64,000 bases of DNA from Pseudomonadota bacterium. Lineage in GTDB: Bacteria > Pseudomonadota > Gammaproteobacteria > Steroidobacterales > Steroidobacteraceae. Shown piece after piece: positions 16,953 to 26,584 of the stretch; position 1 is the first letter of the stretch; the number at the start of each line of letters is the position of its first letter. The position numbers were made by a program, and so were the translations under genes. The notes beneath the pieces were generated by a model. That model saw only the letters and a list, made by a program, of their open reading frames with translations. It was not told the origin of the DNA and made no database searches. The stretch spans positions 36,352-100,351 of the forward strand of contig JAKARC010000002.1 in the NCBI GenBank assembly GCA_021822385.1, read 5' to 3'.

Positions 16953-19370
16953 TCACGCCGCCGAGCGCTCGGCACTGCCGGCCGCGCCGCGCAGTCCGCT
17001 TGCGCGGATACCAGGCTCCGCAAGCGCAACCGCACGAACTTCGGCGACGTTCTCGGCCCAAACGAACTCGAGTGTCGCCTGCACGCTCGCGGGGATCTCC
17101 TCGAGATCGCGCCGATTGCGTGCCGGTAGAATCACGGTGCGAATTCCCGCCCGCGCCGCCGCGATCGTCTTTTCCTTGATGCCCCCGACCGGCAACACCA
17201 GACCACGCAAGCTGATCTCGCCGGTCATGGCGACGTCGGGACGCACTGCCTGACGCTTCAGGAGCGATGTCAGGGCAACATACATTGCCACGCCGGCACT
17301 GGGACCGTCCTTCGGGATTGCGCCAGCCGGAACATGCACGTGAATATCGCTGCGGTCAAACAGCTGCGGATCGATGCCGAGCTCTTCGGCCTGCGCCTTG
17401 ACCAGGCTGAGGGCCGCCTGGGCGGACTCTTTCATCACATCCCCGAGCTGTCCGGTGAGAATCAGCTTGCCTGAACCTGGCAGGCGTGCTGCTTCGATGA
17501 ACAGGATGTCGCCCCCAACGGGTGTCCAGGCAAGTCCCGTTGCAACGCCCGGCACGGAGGTGCGCTGGGCAGCCTCGTTCTCGAAGCGTGCCGGACCTAG
17601 CACCTCGGGGACGTCCGCGGACTCAAACCGCACGGCGCCATCCTTGCCCTCGGCAATGCGCATCGCGGCACTGCGCAGCAGCGCCCCGATCTGGCGCTCG
17701 AGGCTGCGGCAACCGGACTCGCGCGTGTATTCATGAATCACCCGTAACAGCGCCGCATCAGCGATCACCGCCTGCTCGCGAGTCAGTCCATTTGCACGCA
17801 ACTGACGCGCCACCAGGTAGCGCCGCGCGATCTGCAGCTTCTCCTGATCCGTGTAGCCGGTCAGTTCGATGATCTCCATGCGATCGCGCAACGGGCCCGG
17901 AATCGTGTCGAGCACGTTGGCCGTGGCGATGAACAGCACCTGCTGCAGATCAAACGGAACACCGAGGTAATTGTCGCGGAACGTCGCATTTTGCTCCGGA
18001 TCGAGCACCTCGAGCAGCGCCGCCGATGGATCACCCTGGAAGCTCGCGCCGAGCTTGTCGATCTCATCGAGCATGAACACCGGATTGCGCGTACCGGCCT
18101 TGCGCAGGCCCTGGATAATATTGCCGGGCAAGGCACCGATGTAGGTGCGCCGGTGCCCGCGGATCTCCGCCTCGTCATGCACGCCGCCAAGACTGGCGCG
18201 CACGAACTTCACCCCCAGCGCGCGCGCCACGCTCTGGCCGAGCGAGGTCTTGCCCACGCCGGGCGGACCAACGAAGCACAGGATGGGGCTGCGACCCTGC
18301 GGATTGAGCTTGCGCACGGCGAGATATTCCAAAATGCGCCGCTTGATCTTCTCGAGCCCATAGTGATCCTCATCTAGCACCTGACGGGCCCGCACAATGT
18401 CAATGTCTTCGACATCGCTGCGACTCCACGGCAGCGCGACCATCCAGTCGAGGTACGTACGCACCATGCCATGCTCGGGGCTCGCCTCGCTCATGCGCCG
18501 CAGGCGGTTCAGCTCCTTGCGCGCCTCCGCTTCGATCTCCGGCGGCATATGCGCATCGGTAATCGCGCGATCGAGTTCGCCAATTTCCCCGCCATCGCCC
18601 TCGCCTTCACCGAGTTCCTTCTGCAGCTGATGTAGTTGCTCGCGCAACAGCGCTTCCCGTTGCCGCTCCCCGAGCGCCGCCTGGGTCTGCGCACTGATCT
18701 CACGGGTGAGCTTCAGGACCTCGAGGCGATGCGCCAGCAGCTTCACGACCTTGTCGAGCCGCTCGCGCAAATCGACCGTCTCGAGGACGTCTTGCTTCTC
18801 TTCAGCCTTGATGTCCATGAAGCTGACAATGAGATCCGCAAGCTGTCCAGCCGATTCGATGCTGCGCACCGTTCGCGCCAGCTCCGCCGGCGCCTGCGGC
18901 AACAAGGATAGTGCCTCGATGGCGCGATCCTGCAGAAACTCGCGCCGCGCCTCGATGTCCGCGCCCTCCTGCACCGGTTCAGCGATGGACTCCACACGTG
19001 CGGCAAGAAACGGCTGCTCGCGCACGATGTCGAGCAGGCGGAAGCGGCCCTCACCTTGACACACCAGATGATGGGTGCCGTCATTACCAGTAATGTAACG
19101 CACTACCGTGGCCAGCACGCCCACCCGATACAGATCGTTCACACCGGGGTTTTCCACCGCCGCATCCCGCTGCAACAGCAGCCCCACTTTGCGCCCACTG
19201 CGCACCGCTTCCTGCGCCGCCGCGATACTCTCTTCGCGACCAAGGGTAACCGGCAACACGATGCCCGGAAAGAGCACCATATTACGTGTCGCCACAATCG
19301 GCACGGCCGCCGGCGGCAACGGAAGATGTTCGTCGCGGTCGTGCGCCGGAGTGTTGTGAATATCCGTCAT
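16953..19370 (-). CDS. lon: ATP-dependent Lon protease (LonA type)
   Basis: 805 aa with an N-terminal LON domain, Walker A ([15 protein letters not shown]) and a C-terminal protease domain ([11 protein letters not shown], containing the catalytic Ser). Confidence 0.95.
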   Translation of the reverse strand: MTDIHNTPAHDRDEHLPLPPAAVPIVATRNMVLFPGIVLPVTLGREESIAAAQEAVRSGRKVGLLLQRDAAVENPGVNDLYRVGVLATVVRYITGNDGTHHLVCQGEGRFRLLDIVREQPFLAARVESIAEPVQEGADIEARREFLQDRAIEALSLLPQAPAELARTVRSIESAGQLADLIVSFMDIKAEEKQDVLETVDLRERLDKVVKLLAHRLEVLKLTREISAQTQAALGERQREALLREQLHQLQKELGEGEGDGGEIGELDRAITDAHMPPEIEAEARKELNRLRRMSEASPEHGMVRTYLDWMVALPWSRSDVEDIDIVRARQVLDEDHYGLEKIKRRILEYLAVRKLNPQGRSPILCFVGPPGVGKTSLGQSVARALGVKFVRASLGGVHDEAEIRGHRRTYIGALPGNIIQGLRKAGTRNPVFMLDEIDKLGASFQGDPSAALLEVLDPEQNATFRDNYLGVPFDLQQVLFIATANVLDTIPGPLRDRMEIIELTGYTDQEKLQIARRYLVARQLRANGLTREQAVIADAALLRVIHEYTRESGCRSLERQIGALLRSAAMRIAEGKDGAVRFESADVPEVLGPARFENEAAQRTSVPGVATGLAWTPVGGDILFIEAARLPGSGKLILTGQLGDVMKESAQAALSLVKAQAEELGIDPQLFDRSDIHVHVPAGAIPKDGPSAGVAMYVALTSLLKRQAVRPDVAMTGEISLRGLVLPVGGIKEKTIAAARAGIRTVILPARNRRDLEEIPASVQATLEFVWAENVAEVRAVALAEPGIRASGLRGAAGSAERSAA

Positions 19371-19786
19371 AGCTCATTCTCCCGCGACCGCACCAGATGC
19401 ACCTCGAGGCACCCGTGCTCGTAGCGCGAGCCCGAGAGCGAAAACATACGACCGGCGAGGGGTATGCGGCGATAGAACTGCCCGTGCGGAATTTCCAGTC
19501 GCCGGATCGAGACATCCGGATGAGCGAGCTTGACCCGACGCACCGTACGCACGGTAAGCGCGTACGGCTCAAGCCTCAGCTCGATATCCTCCGGGACAAC
19601 TCCGGGCAGAGCGAACACGATGAGCATGCCGCTCCTGCCTTCCTGGATATCCACCGGGGGCTCCCAAGCCGCGGCACCCGCACTTGGGCCGATGTAGCGC
19701 AGAAACGTGCGCTGCATCCGTTCGGCCTGCTCCAGAAGGTCACAGGCCTGTTCCCACATCCAGCCGTACTGCCGCTCACCATTCAT
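19367..19786 (-). CDS. Hsp20/alpha-crystallin family small heat-shock protein
   Basis: 139 aa with an alpha-crystallin domain (WEPPVDIQEGRSGMLIVFALPGVVPEDIELRL...EIPHGQFYRRIPL...GCLEVHL). GGAGG SD lies 7 nt upstream. Its stop overlaps the lon ATG (ATGA at 19367-19370). Confidence 0.8.
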   Translation of the reverse strand: MNGERQYGWMWEQACDLLEQAERMQRTFLRYIGPSAGAAAWEPPVDIQEGRSGMLIVFALPGVVPEDIELRLEPYALTVRTVRRVKLAHPDVSIRRLEIPHGQFYRRIPLAGRMFSLSGSRYEHGCLEVHLVRSRENEL

Positions 19787-19875
19787 GCCTCAGCCTCCGC
19801 GCCGGTTCACGCCGCGTCTACGGAGAAGCTAATCGCCGCAGTCCACGCCGTGGGATTCGCCCGCGCTCGAGTCAG

Positions 19876-19903
19876 ACATGCGGCCAGAAACCGCCAACTC
19901 AAG
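19876..19903 (-). promoter_or_regulatory. sigma-32 (RpoH)-type heat-shock promoter candidate for hsp20-lon
   Basis: The minus strand reads CTTGAG-N14-CCGCATGT, against the consensus CTTGAA-N13-17-CCCCATNT. It sits about 90 nt upstream of the hsp20 ATG. Confidence 0.4.
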
Positions 19904-19993
19904 AGGTCACGCATCCGTCAAAAGGATGAGACCGTGCCGACCGACGCACCCGCGGCACCGCGGCGGACACCCCGCCCGGGCGCTTTCGGGCGC

Positions 19994-22054
19994 TCACTCC
20001 CTCGCCAGCCCCTCGTCACTGACCAGTGTAAGGACGTCGTATTGCGCGACGGTGGCACCGTCCTGATTGGTGATCTCTGTGTCCCAGCGCACCTCGCCAT
20101 AGCCTCGACCGACACGCAGCGATTTTTCCTTGCAGGTCAGACGCACCTTGATGCGATCGCCCGGCTTGACCGGCTGCGTGAAACGCAAGCCATCGATGCC
20201 ATAGTTGGCGAGTACCGGACCGAGCGGCGGATCGACGAACAGCCCGGCGGCCGCTGCGATGAGAAAGTAGCCATGAGCCACCCTACCGCCGAAGAGAGGA
20301 TTGCGGTGCGCCGCCGCCTCGTCCATGTGCGCATAGAAGTAATCACCCGAAACCGCTGCGAACCGCTCGATGTCCGCCACGGTCACCGCACGCTCGCGCG
20401 AACGGAACGAATCGCCGATGCGTAACGCGCCAAAGGACTGACGAAACGGATGAATTCCCGAGTCGAGCTCGCGTGCTCCTCGCAGCCAGCGGCCGGTGAC
20501 GGCGGTGAGCACATCGGGTGTTCCCTGCACCGCGGTGCGCTGCATGTAATGCAACACGGCGCGGATCCCCCCAAGTTCCTCCCCGCCGCCCGCCCGCCCG
20601 GGTCCTCCGTGCACCAGGTGCGGCAGCGGCGAGCCATGCCCGGTCGAGTCTGCGCCGCAGTGGCGGTTGACGACCAATACCCGACCGTGAAATGGCGCCA
20701 GCCCCAATACCAGTTGCGCGGCAATGCTCTCATCCGCAGTAAACACCGAACCGACGAGGCTGCCGGCGCCGCGGCGCGCACACTCGATCGCCTCTGCCGG
20801 CGTCCCGTACGTCAACACCGTGCACACCGGCCCGAAGGCCTCAACCTCGTGCACCGCGCCCCCCGCCCCGCCATCCCGGCAATAGAGCAGCGTCGGCAGC
20901 ATGAACGCGCCGCGCTCCGCATCGACGGCCGCAAGCTGCGCCCGCGTGTCACCCCCGCGAATCAATTGTCCCGCGGCTCTCAGCCGCTCGATCTGTGCCA
21001 ACACTTCGCGGCGCTGGGCGAGCGAGGCAAGCGGTCCCATGCGCACCCCGTCGCGACGCGGGTCGCCAACGACCACCGTATCGAGCTCCGCGCACAGCGC
21101 CTCGAGCAGCGCGGTACCCTGCGCCACCGGCACGACGGCTTTGCGAATCGCGGTGCATTTCTGTCCGGCTTTTACCGTCATCTCGCGCACCACTTCGCGC
21201 ACGAACAGCTCGAACTCCGGACTCCCAGACTTCGCATCCGGTCCGAGAATGCAGGAGTTCAGCGAGTCGGTCTCGGCCGTGAAACGCACCGCCCGCTCGA
21301 GCACCCGTGGATGGGCGCGCAGGCGGCGCGCCGTCGATGCCGAGCCCGTAAATGCAATCATGTCCTGACAGGTCAAGTGCTCGAATAGATCACCAATTCC
21401 ACCGCAGATCAACTGTACCGCGCCCTCGGGCAGTTCGCCCGATGCAACGACGAGACGCAGCGCAAGCTCTGCGAGATAGGCTGTTGCAGTGGCGGGCTTC
21501 ACGATCGTGGCAACGCCGGCGAGCATTGCCGGGGCAAGCTTCTCGAGCATGCCCCAGACGGGAAAATTAAAGGCATTGATCTGCACCGCTGCGCCCTCGA
21601 GCGGTACGCACACGTGCTGACCGAAAAACCCGCCACTCTTGGCCAGCGGTTCAGCGGGACCATCGATGTAGACCTGCCCCTCGGGCAACTCCTTCAGGCC
21701 CTTGCTCGCGTACACGAACAGCGTCCCGATACCCCCTTCGATATCGAGCCATGCGTCCGCCCGCGTCGCGCCCGTGGCGTAAGAGAGCGCATAAAGCTCC
21801 TCTTTCCGTTCGCTCAGGTAGCGCGCCAAACGCTTCAGGCACGCGGCGCGCTCGTGAAAATTGAGCCGCCGCAGATTCGCCCCACCGACCGCACGCGCGT
21901 ATGCGAGCGCCGCGGCAAAATCAACGCCTTCGCTCGACGCGCTGGCGATCATTTCGCCGGTGGTCGCATCGTGCAGCGCCACGCCCGGTCCTGCGCCCTG
22001 CACCCATTTGCCCCCGACATAACTCGCAAGTGACATCACCCGACTCCCGCTCAT
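19994..22054 (-). CDS. paaZ: bifunctional oxepin-CoA hydrolase / 3-oxo-5,6-dehydrosuberyl-CoA semialdehyde dehydrogenase
   Basis: 686 aa: an N-terminal aldehyde dehydrogenase domain plus a C-terminal MaoC hot-dog domain. TGATRADAWLDIEGGIGTLFVYASKG closely matches E. coli PaaZ. It shares an ATGA overlap with paaG. Confidence 0.9.
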   Translation of the reverse strand: MSGSRVMSLASYVGGKWVQGAGPGVALHDATTGEMIASASSEGVDFAAALAYARAVGGANLRRLNFHERAACLKRLARYLSERKEELYALSYATGATRADAWLDIEGGIGTLFVYASKGLKELPEGQVYIDGPAEPLAKSGGFFGQHVCVPLEGAAVQINAFNFPVWGMLEKLAPAMLAGVATIVKPATATAYLAELALRLVVASGELPEGAVQLICGGIGDLFEHLTCQDMIAFTGSASTARRLRAHPRVLERAVRFTAETDSLNSCILGPDAKSGSPEFELFVREVVREMTVKAGQKCTAIRKAVVPVAQGTALLEALCAELDTVVVGDPRRDGVRMGPLASLAQRREVLAQIERLRAAGQLIRGGDTRAQLAAVDAERGAFMLPTLLYCRDGGAGGAVHEVEAFGPVCTVLTYGTPAEAIECARRGAGSLVGSVFTADESIAAQLVLGLAPFHGRVLVVNRHCGADSTGHGSPLPHLVHGGPGRAGGGEELGGIRAVLHYMQRTAVQGTPDVLTAVTGRWLRGARELDSGIHPFRQSFGALRIGDSFRSRERAVTVADIERFAAVSGDYFYAHMDEAAAHRNPLFGGRVAHGYFLIAAAAGLFVDPPLGPVLANYGIDGLRFTQPVKPGDRIKVRLTCKEKSLRVGRGYGEVRWDTEITNQDGATVAQYDVLTLVSDEGLARE

Positions 22055-22842
22055 CGACCGGTGAACCGCGGCTCGCGCTTGGCGGCGAAGGCGGCGAGTC
22101 CCTCGGCGTAATCGGCGCTGTAACCGAGTTCGCGCTGCGCGTCCCGCTCCGCATCAAGCTGCTGCTCAAGCGTGCGGCTCGCGCCCTCAACAAGCAACCG
22201 CTTGGTGCGTGCCAACGCACGTGTCGGCGCCGCGGCAAGTCGCTCGGCGAGCGCTGTGACCTCGGTGGCGAGATCCTCGTCCTCGAGGCAGCGCCAAATC
22301 AGGCCCCACGCGGCCGCCTGCGCGGCCGGCAGTTTCTCCCCGAGCAGCGCAAGTCCCATGGCCCGCGCCGGACCGACCAGCCGCGGCAGCAGCCACGTGC
22401 CGCCCGAATCCGGCACCAGCGCGCGATGAACGAAAGCCTGCATGAAACTCGCCGAACGCGCGGCCAGGACCAGATCACAGGCCAAGGCAATATTGGCACC
22501 CGCGCCGGCCGCCACGCCGTTAACCGCGGCGATGACCGGCAGCTCGAGTTGGCGCAATGTCAGGATCAACGGCTTATAGTAACGCTCGATCGACTCGCCG
22601 AGGTCCATCGCCGCGCCGCCAGGGGCCACGGTACGCTCACCGAGATCCTGGCCAGCACAAAACGCGCGACCGGCGCCTGTGAGAATGAGTACGCGCACTG
22701 CGGCATCTGCACCAACGCGCGCCAGCGCATCGCGCACTTCCTCGTGCATGCGCGTGTTGAAGCTGTTCAGGCGCTGCGGTCGATTCAGCGTGAGGCGGGC
22801 GATGCCCGCCGCGCTCGAGTAGTCGATGGTCTCAAAGTGCAT
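22051..22842 (-). CDS. paaG: crotonase-family 2-(1,2-epoxy-1,2-dihydrophenyl)acetyl-CoA isomerase
   Basis: 263 aa from MHFETIDYSSAAGIARLTLNRPQRLNSF, in the crotonase fold. Its position between paaE and paaZ supports the call. The ORF-track 5' extension to 23124 overlaps paaE. Confidence 0.8.
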   Translation of the reverse strand: MHFETIDYSSAAGIARLTLNRPQRLNSFNTRMHEEVRDALARVGADAAVRVLILTGAGRAFCAGQDLGERTVAPGGAAMDLGESIERYYKPLILTLRQLELPVIAAVNGVAAGAGANIALACDLVLAARSASFMQAFVHRALVPDSGGTWLLPRLVGPARAMGLALLGEKLPAAQAAAWGLIWRCLEDEDLATEVTALAERLAAAPTRALARTKRLLVEGASRTLEQQLDAERDAQRELGYSADYAEGLAAFAAKREPRFTGR

Positions 22843-22867
22843 GGAATCCTCCGCGCAGCGCTGTGGC

Positions 22868-23932
22868 CTATGGATCGTCGTAGTCGAGCTCGAGCTGCGC
22901 GCTGCGGCAGAGCGACTGACAGGCAAGCACGTAGCCCTGGTCGAGTTCCCAGTCCTCCAGGGCATAATTCTGGGCCATGCGGACCTGCCCACGCACAACA
23001 CGCACCCGGCAGGTCGAGCACACGCCGGAGCGGCACGAGAACGGCAGCTCGATGCCGGCGCGTTCAGCGGCCTCGAGCACCGTATCGGCGCCGATCGACA
23101 TGGTGAATGCGCGCCGCCGGCCATCCAGGATCACGCCGACTTCGGCCCTGCCCACCGCCGCCTCGGCTGCAATTGCCACAGGTGTATCGATCCGCTCGCC
23201 CGCAACCGCAAAATGCTCGACATGGATCCGCCTGGCATCCACTCCGAGCGCGTGCAACGCCTCGGTCACCTGCGCGGCCATATCGCCGGGTCCGCACACG
23301 AACGCCTCGTGCACCCGGCGCGGCTCGAAGAACGCACGCGCGAACAACCGCACCTTCGTCGCGTCGATCCGGCCGTTGTACAGGAGCAGTTCCTGCGGCT
23401 CCGCGCTCATGACGAAATGCAGTGCCAATTGCGCGGGGTACAGATCCTTCAGAGCTTGCAGATCCTCAAGTCCCATGGCGCGGGCCGTGCAGCGATTGCC
23501 ATAGAAAAGGAGCATCGTCCCGCCGGCGGCGAGCACGGCGCGCGTCACTGACAGCACCGGCGTGATGCCGCTGCCGGCCGCGAACGCGACGTACAGCCGC
23601 TGCGCGAGCGTCTCAGCCCGCGGTGTGAAGCTGCCCCTCGGTGGCAGGACATCGAGCGTCATGCCCGGCACCAGGCCCGTCAGCCACTGCGAGAGCCGTC
23701 CGTGCGGCTGGCGGCGCACGAGAATGCGCAACTGCTCGGCGTCTGGAGCGTTCGTGAGCGAATAGGTGCGGCGCAGCTCCCCCGCCCCGTCCAACGCGCG
23801 CACGACAATGTGCTGGCCGGGCGTGCCGCGAAATTCCATGCGCAGCGGTTCGGGAACAGCGAACGTAATGGCAAGCGCGTCCTCGGCCTCGGGCCGAACG
23901 GCAACGACGCGCAATGCGCGGAATGTCACCAT
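22868..23932 (-). CDS. paaE: phenylacetyl-CoA epoxidase reductase subunit
   Basis: 354 aa from MVTFRALRV. It has an FNR-like FAD/NAD domain plus a C-terminal plant-type 2Fe-2S ferredoxin (CRSGVCSTCRVRV). Confidence 0.9.
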   Translation of the reverse strand: MVTFRALRVVAVRPEAEDALAITFAVPEPLRMEFRGTPGQHIVVRALDGAGELRRTYSLTNAPDAEQLRILVRRQPHGRLSQWLTGLVPGMTLDVLPPRGSFTPRAETLAQRLYVAFAAGSGITPVLSVTRAVLAAGGTMLLFYGNRCTARAMGLEDLQALKDLYPAQLALHFVMSAEPQELLLYNGRIDATKVRLFARAFFEPRRVHEAFVCGPGDMAAQVTEALHALGVDARRIHVEHFAVAGERIDTPVAIAAEAAVGRAEVGVILDGRRRAFTMSIGADTVLEAAERAGIELPFSCRSGVCSTCRVRVVRGQVRMAQNYALEDWELDQGYVLACQSLCRSAQLELDYDDP

Positions 23933-23933
23933 G

Positions 23934-24422
23934 TCAGATGCATTTGAAGGTATCGAACGGCTCGAGGCATGTCCGGCAGCGGTAGTGTGCCTTGCAGGGC
24001 GTGGAGCCGAACTCGCTGACTCGCTCGACGTCGCGGCTGGCACAGCGAGGGCAGCGCGGCACCAGACCCGGGACGCGCTCGACGGCGATGCCGAAAGCCT
24101 CGAGCCTGCGCCGCCCCGCAGCGCTCAGCCACCGGCTCGACCATGGCGGCGACAGCACGGTCTCGAGCACCACCTCGCCGTGCCCGGCCCCATCGAGCGC
24201 CGTGCGGATCGCGCTGACAATGACCTCGGTGGCAGGACAGCCAGAGTACGTCGGCGTGATACCAACGTGCACGCGAGCATCAGGACCGGCGCGTACGTGG
24301 CGCACGATGCCGAGGTCCACAACGCTCACCGCCGGGATCTCTGGATCCATCACCGTCGCAAGAGTTCTCCAGACGGCCCGCTCCCGCAGCCGCACCGCTG
24401 GACGGGCCGGCTCGCTCACCAC
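23934..24422 (-). CDS. paaD: phenylacetyl-CoA epoxidase subunit D
   Basis: It has a SUF-like domain (VMDPEIPAVSVVDLGIVR) and a C-terminal Cys cluster (CPRCAS...CKAHYRCRTC). GTG starts at 24422 or 24419 overlap the paaC stop. Confidence 0.85.
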   Translation of the reverse strand: MVSEPARPAVRLRERAVWRTLATVMDPEIPAVSVVDLGIVRHVRAGPDARVHVGITPTYSGCPATEVIVSAIRTALDGAGHGEVVLETVLSPPWSSRWLSAAGRRRLEAFGIAVERVPGLVPRCPRCASRDVERVSEFGSTPCKAHYRCRTCLEPFDTFKCI

Positions 24423-25186
24423 GACACCCCCGGGTAGAGGCGCGGCAGGTACTGCAGCGTCGCGAGCAGATGCGTGAGCGCCTCGGTATGCACACCGCGT
24501 TTGCCGTGCCAGGGATAGTGCTGATGCGCCGGCACAGTCAGCCGGGCCGCCTCCAGCACACCTGCCAAACGCTCCTGCCACCGCGCGTTCACGACCGCCG
24601 GCTCCGGTCCGATACCGCATGCGGCCATACGCGCATCGAGTTCATCGGCCACGCGCAGCTCGTCCGTGAAGCGCCACAGCGCCTGCAGCGCCGCGCTCGC
24701 GCGCCGATGGCTCTCCCCGGTGCCATCCCCGAGTCGCACGAGCCAGCCCGAGCTGTAGCGCCAGTGGTATCGGCACTCCTTTACCGCCTTCTGCGCGATT
24801 GCGGCGAGCTCCGTGTCGGCCGAGGCAACGAGGCTCGAGTAGGTCTCGAGTTGCCACGCATCCAGCATGACCTGGCGCACGATGGTTTGAGCAAAGTCCC
24901 CGTTTGGCTGTTCAGCCAGCGCGACATTGCGAAACTCCGCGGCATCACGCCCGAACGCGAGTGCATCCTCATCGCGAGCGCAGCCCTCGATACGGCCGGC
25001 GAGAGTGAGCAGCAAGCGCGCCTGGCCGAACAGATCGAGGGCAATGTTGGCGAGCGCGAGATCCTCCTCGAGCGTAGGCCCATGCCCCAGCCACTCGGCA
25101 AGTCGCTGACCGGCGACCAGGCTGGTGTCGGCAAGACGCAGCACGTATTCGCAGTGCGCCTCGGCGGCGGTGCATGCCCCGTTCAT
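24416..25186 (-). CDS. paaC: phenylacetyl-CoA epoxidase subunit C
   Basis: 256 aa, ferritin-like. YVLRLADTSLVAGQRLAEWLGHGPTLEEDLALANIALDL is typical of PaaC. Confidence 0.9.
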   Translation of the reverse strand: MNGACTAAEAHCEYVLRLADTSLVAGQRLAEWLGHGPTLEEDLALANIALDLFGQARLLLTLAGRIEGCARDEDALAFGRDAAEFRNVALAEQPNGDFAQTIVRQVMLDAWQLETYSSLVASADTELAAIAQKAVKECRYHWRYSSGWLVRLGDGTGESHRRASAALQALWRFTDELRVADELDARMAACGIGPEPAVVNARWQERLAGVLEAARLTVPAHQHYPWHGKRGVHTEALTHLLATLQYLPRLYPGVSW

Positions 25187-25467
25187 ATGTTCTTGACCTC
25201 CTCGGGAATCGAGTAGAAGGTCGGGTGTCGGTAGATCTTATCGCCTGCCGGATCGAACAGCGCCGCGGCCTCGGCCGGATCGGCGGCATGAATATCGTTC
25301 GAGCGCACGACCCAGATGCTCACCCCCTCCTGCCGGCGGGTGTAGATGTCGCGGGCATGCTCGATGGCCATGCGCGCATCGGCGGCGTGCAGACTCCCGA
25401 CATGCTTGTGCTCGAGGCCGGCACGAGCGCGGATGAACACTTCATAGAGAACCCAGTCCTCGGTCAT
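25183..25467 (-). CDS. paaB: phenylacetyl-CoA epoxidase subunit B
   Basis: 94 aa from MTEDWVLYEVFIR...KHVGSLHAAD, ending ...YSIPEEVKNI. It shares an ATGA overlap with paaC. Confidence 0.9.
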   Translation of the reverse strand: MTEDWVLYEVFIRARAGLEHKHVGSLHAADARMAIEHARDIYTRRQEGVSIWVVRSNDIHAADPAEAAALFDPAGDKIYRHPTFYSIPEEVKNI

Positions 25468-25481
25468 TCTCGCCTCCCACC

Positions 25482-26483
25482 TCAGCCGACACTCGCCGCA
25501 GGCGCATGTTCGGGGTGCTTCTCCGCGTATGCCACCGCTGCGGCGCGCACCCAGGCGCCCGCCTCGTGCGCCTCGCGGCGCGCCGCTAGCCGTTCGCGAT
25601 TGCACGGGCCATCGCCCCTCAGTACCGCTTCGAACTCACCCCAGTCGATCGGGCCGGTCTGGAAGTGCTGGCTCGCCGCGTCCCAGCGCAATTCGGGATC
25701 CGGAATGCTCAAGCCGAGAAAATGCGCCTGCGGCACCGTGGCATCGATGAATTTCTGGCGCAGCTCGTCGTTGCTGAAGCGCTTGATTTTCCAGCGCATC
25801 GACTGCGCGGTATGCACCGAGTGTGCATCGCTCGGTCCAAACATCATCAGTGCCGGCCGCCACCAGCGGGCAAACGCATCTTGCGCCATAGCTCGCTGCG
25901 CCGCGCTGCCACGTGCGAGCGTGAGCATCAGTTCATAGCCTTGCCGTTGGTGGAAGCTCTCTTCCTTGCAGATGCGTACCATGGCGCGCGCATAAGGCCC
26001 ATATGAGCAGCGGCACAAGGGAATCTGGTTCATGATCGCTGCGCCGTCGACCAACCATCCGATCGCGCCGATGTCAGCCCAGGTGAGCGTCGGGTAATTG
26101 AAGATGCTCGAGTACCGCGCCTGCCCCGCGAGCAGCTGCTCGATCAGGGCTGCACGCGTGACACCGAGCGTCTCGGCGGCGCTGTAGAGATACAATCCGT
26201 GTCCGCCCTCGTCCTGAACCTTCGCGATCAATACAACCTTGCGCCGCAGCGACGGCGCGCGGGTAATCCAGTTGCCCTCGGGCAGCATGCCGACAATCTC
26301 GGAGTGGGCATGCTGGGCGATCTGGCGGATGAGCATGTGGCGGTATTGCTCCGGCATCCAATCTGTCGGTTCGATCTTCTCGTCCCGATCAATGCGCTCT
26401 TGGAATCGCGCCAGGCGGGCCTGCTGTTCAGCGTCGTCCGCGCCCGCCGCCCCCGGCTGCGCATCCAGTGCCTGTGTATACAT
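25482..26483 (-). CDS. paaA: phenylacetyl-CoA epoxidase catalytic subunit A
   Basis: 333 aa di-iron oxygenase ([11 protein letters not shown]...[13 protein letters not shown]). Confidence 0.93.
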   Translation of the reverse strand: MYTQALDAQPGAAGADDAEQQARLARFQERIDRDEKIEPTDWMPEQYRHMLIRQIAQHAHSEIVGMLPEGNWITRAPSLRRKVVLIAKVQDEGGHGLYLYSAAETLGVTRAALIEQLLAGQARYSSIFNYPTLTWADIGAIGWLVDGAAIMNQIPLCRCSYGPYARAMVRICKEESFHQRQGYELMLTLARGSAAQRAMAQDAFARWWRPALMMFGPSDAHSVHTAQSMRWKIKRFSNDELRQKFIDATVPQAHFLGLSIPDPELRWDAASQHFQTGPIDWGEFEAVLRGDGPCNRERLAARREAHEAGAWVRAAAVAYAEKHPEHAPAASVG

Positions 26484-26538
26484 ACCGGTCGCCGGTGATT
26501 TGATACGAAAACGCTATACCTATTCCTGTTTTTGTGTC

Positions 26539-26563
26539 AATACGATTCGTGGCAAAATGAATC
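26539..26563. promoter_or_regulatory. candidate PaaX operator in the paaA/paaX divergent region
   Basis: AATACGATTCGTGGC matches 12 of 15 positions of the PaaX box as I recall it (WWTRTGATTCGYGWT). It is part of an inverted repeat, GATTC-N10-GAATC (26544-26563). Confidence 0.3.
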
Positions 26564-26584
26564 TTTCCCGGTGCCAACCCGCAG

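Noticed and set aside
19787-19868. A possible ROSE or fourU RNA thermometer in the hsp20 5' leader.
   Set aside because: Only a 5-bp CTCCG/CGGAG pairing to the SD region could be drawn. I could not find the characteristic U(U/C)GCU anti-SD with a bulged G, or a run of four U opposite the SD. This is too weak to call without folding software.
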